The notes beneath the pieces are model-generated. The model worked only from the letters and a program-made list of their open reading frames with translations. It was not told the DNA's origin and ran no database searches. Source: Octopus bimaculoides (lineage: Eukaryota). From it: DNA of 48,573 nucleotides. Numbering within the stretch: position 1 is the first letter of the stretch; each line of letters opens with the position of its first letter. This document shows, piece after piece, positions 47,247 through 48,573 of the stretch. The position numbers were made by a program, and so were the translations under genes. The stretch lies in contig NC_068987.1 of NCBI RefSeq assembly GCF_001194135.2, positions 3,566,481-3,615,053 on the forward strand, written 5' to 3'.

Positions 47247-47700
47247 CATCATCATCATCATCATTTAACGTCCGCTTTCCATGCTAGCATGGGTTGGATG
47301 ATTTGACTGAGGACTGGTGAACCAGAAGGCTGCACCAGCTTCCAATCTGATTTGGCAGAGTTTCTACAGCTAGATACCCTTCCTAATGCCAACCACTCCG
47401 AGAGTGTAGTGGGTGCTTTTACGTGCCACCCGCACGAAGGCCAGTCAGGAGGTACTGGCAACGGCCACGCTCGAAATGGTGTATTTTACGTGCCACCTGC
47501 ATAGGGGCCAGTCCAGCGGTACTGGCAACGAACTCGCTTGAATGTCTTTTCACGTGCCACTGGCACAACTGCCAGGAAGGTGACGCTGGTAACGGTCATG
47601 CTCGAATGGTGTTATTTACGTGCCATCAGCATGGAAGCCAGACAGTTGGTGCTCTGGCAACGATCACGCTCGGACGGTGCTCTTAGTGATTTACTGGTAC
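47247..47700 (-). mobile_element. Retroposon family C with four ~66-bp tandem hairpin monomers
   Basis: Monomer cgagcgtggccgttGCCAGTaccgcctgACTGGCcttCGTGCcggtgGCACGtaaaagcacc occurs four times, followed by the family C tail. Confidence 0.85.
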
Positions 47701-48573
47701 TGGTACTGGTGCCATCACGATTTCGCTTTCGCTTGCCCCAACAGGACTTCACAAGCCATATCAACTCTATATAATAGGCTACTTTAGCAGACCATGAACA
47801 GCATCAACATCATCATCACCATCATCATCGTCATCACCACCACTACCACCATCATTATCATCATCCTCATCCTAACACCCATGTTTCCATGCTAGAATGG
47901 GTTGGATAAAATTTGTTGAAGTGGATTTTCAATGGCCAGACACAGCTTCCTTCACTAATCCTCACCTGTTTCCAAGTAAGGTTCAATATTTCCACCATGG
48001 TCTGACATGTTTCCACAGAAGACAGGAAACAACAGGCACCACTTGCAAAATGGTGACACTCGTTTACAATGACCATGTGAAGTCAAGCCAAGGAGATAGT
48101 AATATACACATGCTCATACACATGTGTACACGTGCGCGCACACACACACACACACAAACACACACATGCACACAGGGTGCAAAGCAAAGAGGCAAACCAC
48201 AGTGCCCGGGGCCTCTCTGCTCAACTTGCTCAATGCACAAGAGAAAGGGATAAACTTGAAAACCCCAAGGGCTCCAAGAAGGAACCATGGCTGAATTTGC
48301 CACCAGCGACAGATCAGACTTGAGCCTAGTTGCACAACATTCTGAAGAGTGACACTACCAGGATGGTAAAAGCCATGGTACAAGCGGTAGGCCTGGCAAG
48401 CCAAGATATCTTTGGCATGATAGCAAAAGCAACGAGCAGAACAGTCCTGGTATATTTATTTCACCTCATAATTGTTAGTTTCAAATTTTGGCACAAGGCC
48501 AGCAATTTCAAGGATGGGGGCTAGTCAATTACATCAACCCCAGTACTCAATCAGAACTTATGTTATCAACCCT

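Noticed and set aside
47420-47690. CRISPR-like appearance of regularly spaced palindromic repeats
   Set aside because: There are no unique spacers and no cas genes. These are tandem monomers of a eukaryotic retroposon.

Overview
AT-rich, repeat-dense animal genomic DNA with six N-gaps. The SINE/RTE repeat families suggest an octopod cephalopod (inference). Supported content: (1) a U2 snRNA gene on the minus strand (2761-2949); (2) a complete 9-exon mitochondrial NAD kinase gene NADK2 on the minus strand (ATG 28114, stop 13436; 1323 nt, 440 aa; all introns GT-AG and in phase); (3) five or six phase-compatible exons of an unrecognised, probably coiled-coil protein gene on the minus strand (about 46386-33432); (4) many tRNA-derived SINEs, RTE, Tx1-like and Penelope-like retroelement remnants, and mariner, hAT, piggyBac-like, Mutator-like and Helitron-like non-autonomous DNA elements. 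Nearly all short ORFs in the supplied track are repeat- or gap-derived. The most notable unexplained signals are type-I hammerhead ribozyme motifs in fold-back elements (one at the apex of a ~425-bp hairpin at 42561-42985, two in an inverted Penelope-type pair at 10191-10496) and a GC-rich, possibly structured island in NADK2 intron 1. No CRISPR array or prokaryotic-type system is present. All folds and alignments were done by eye.
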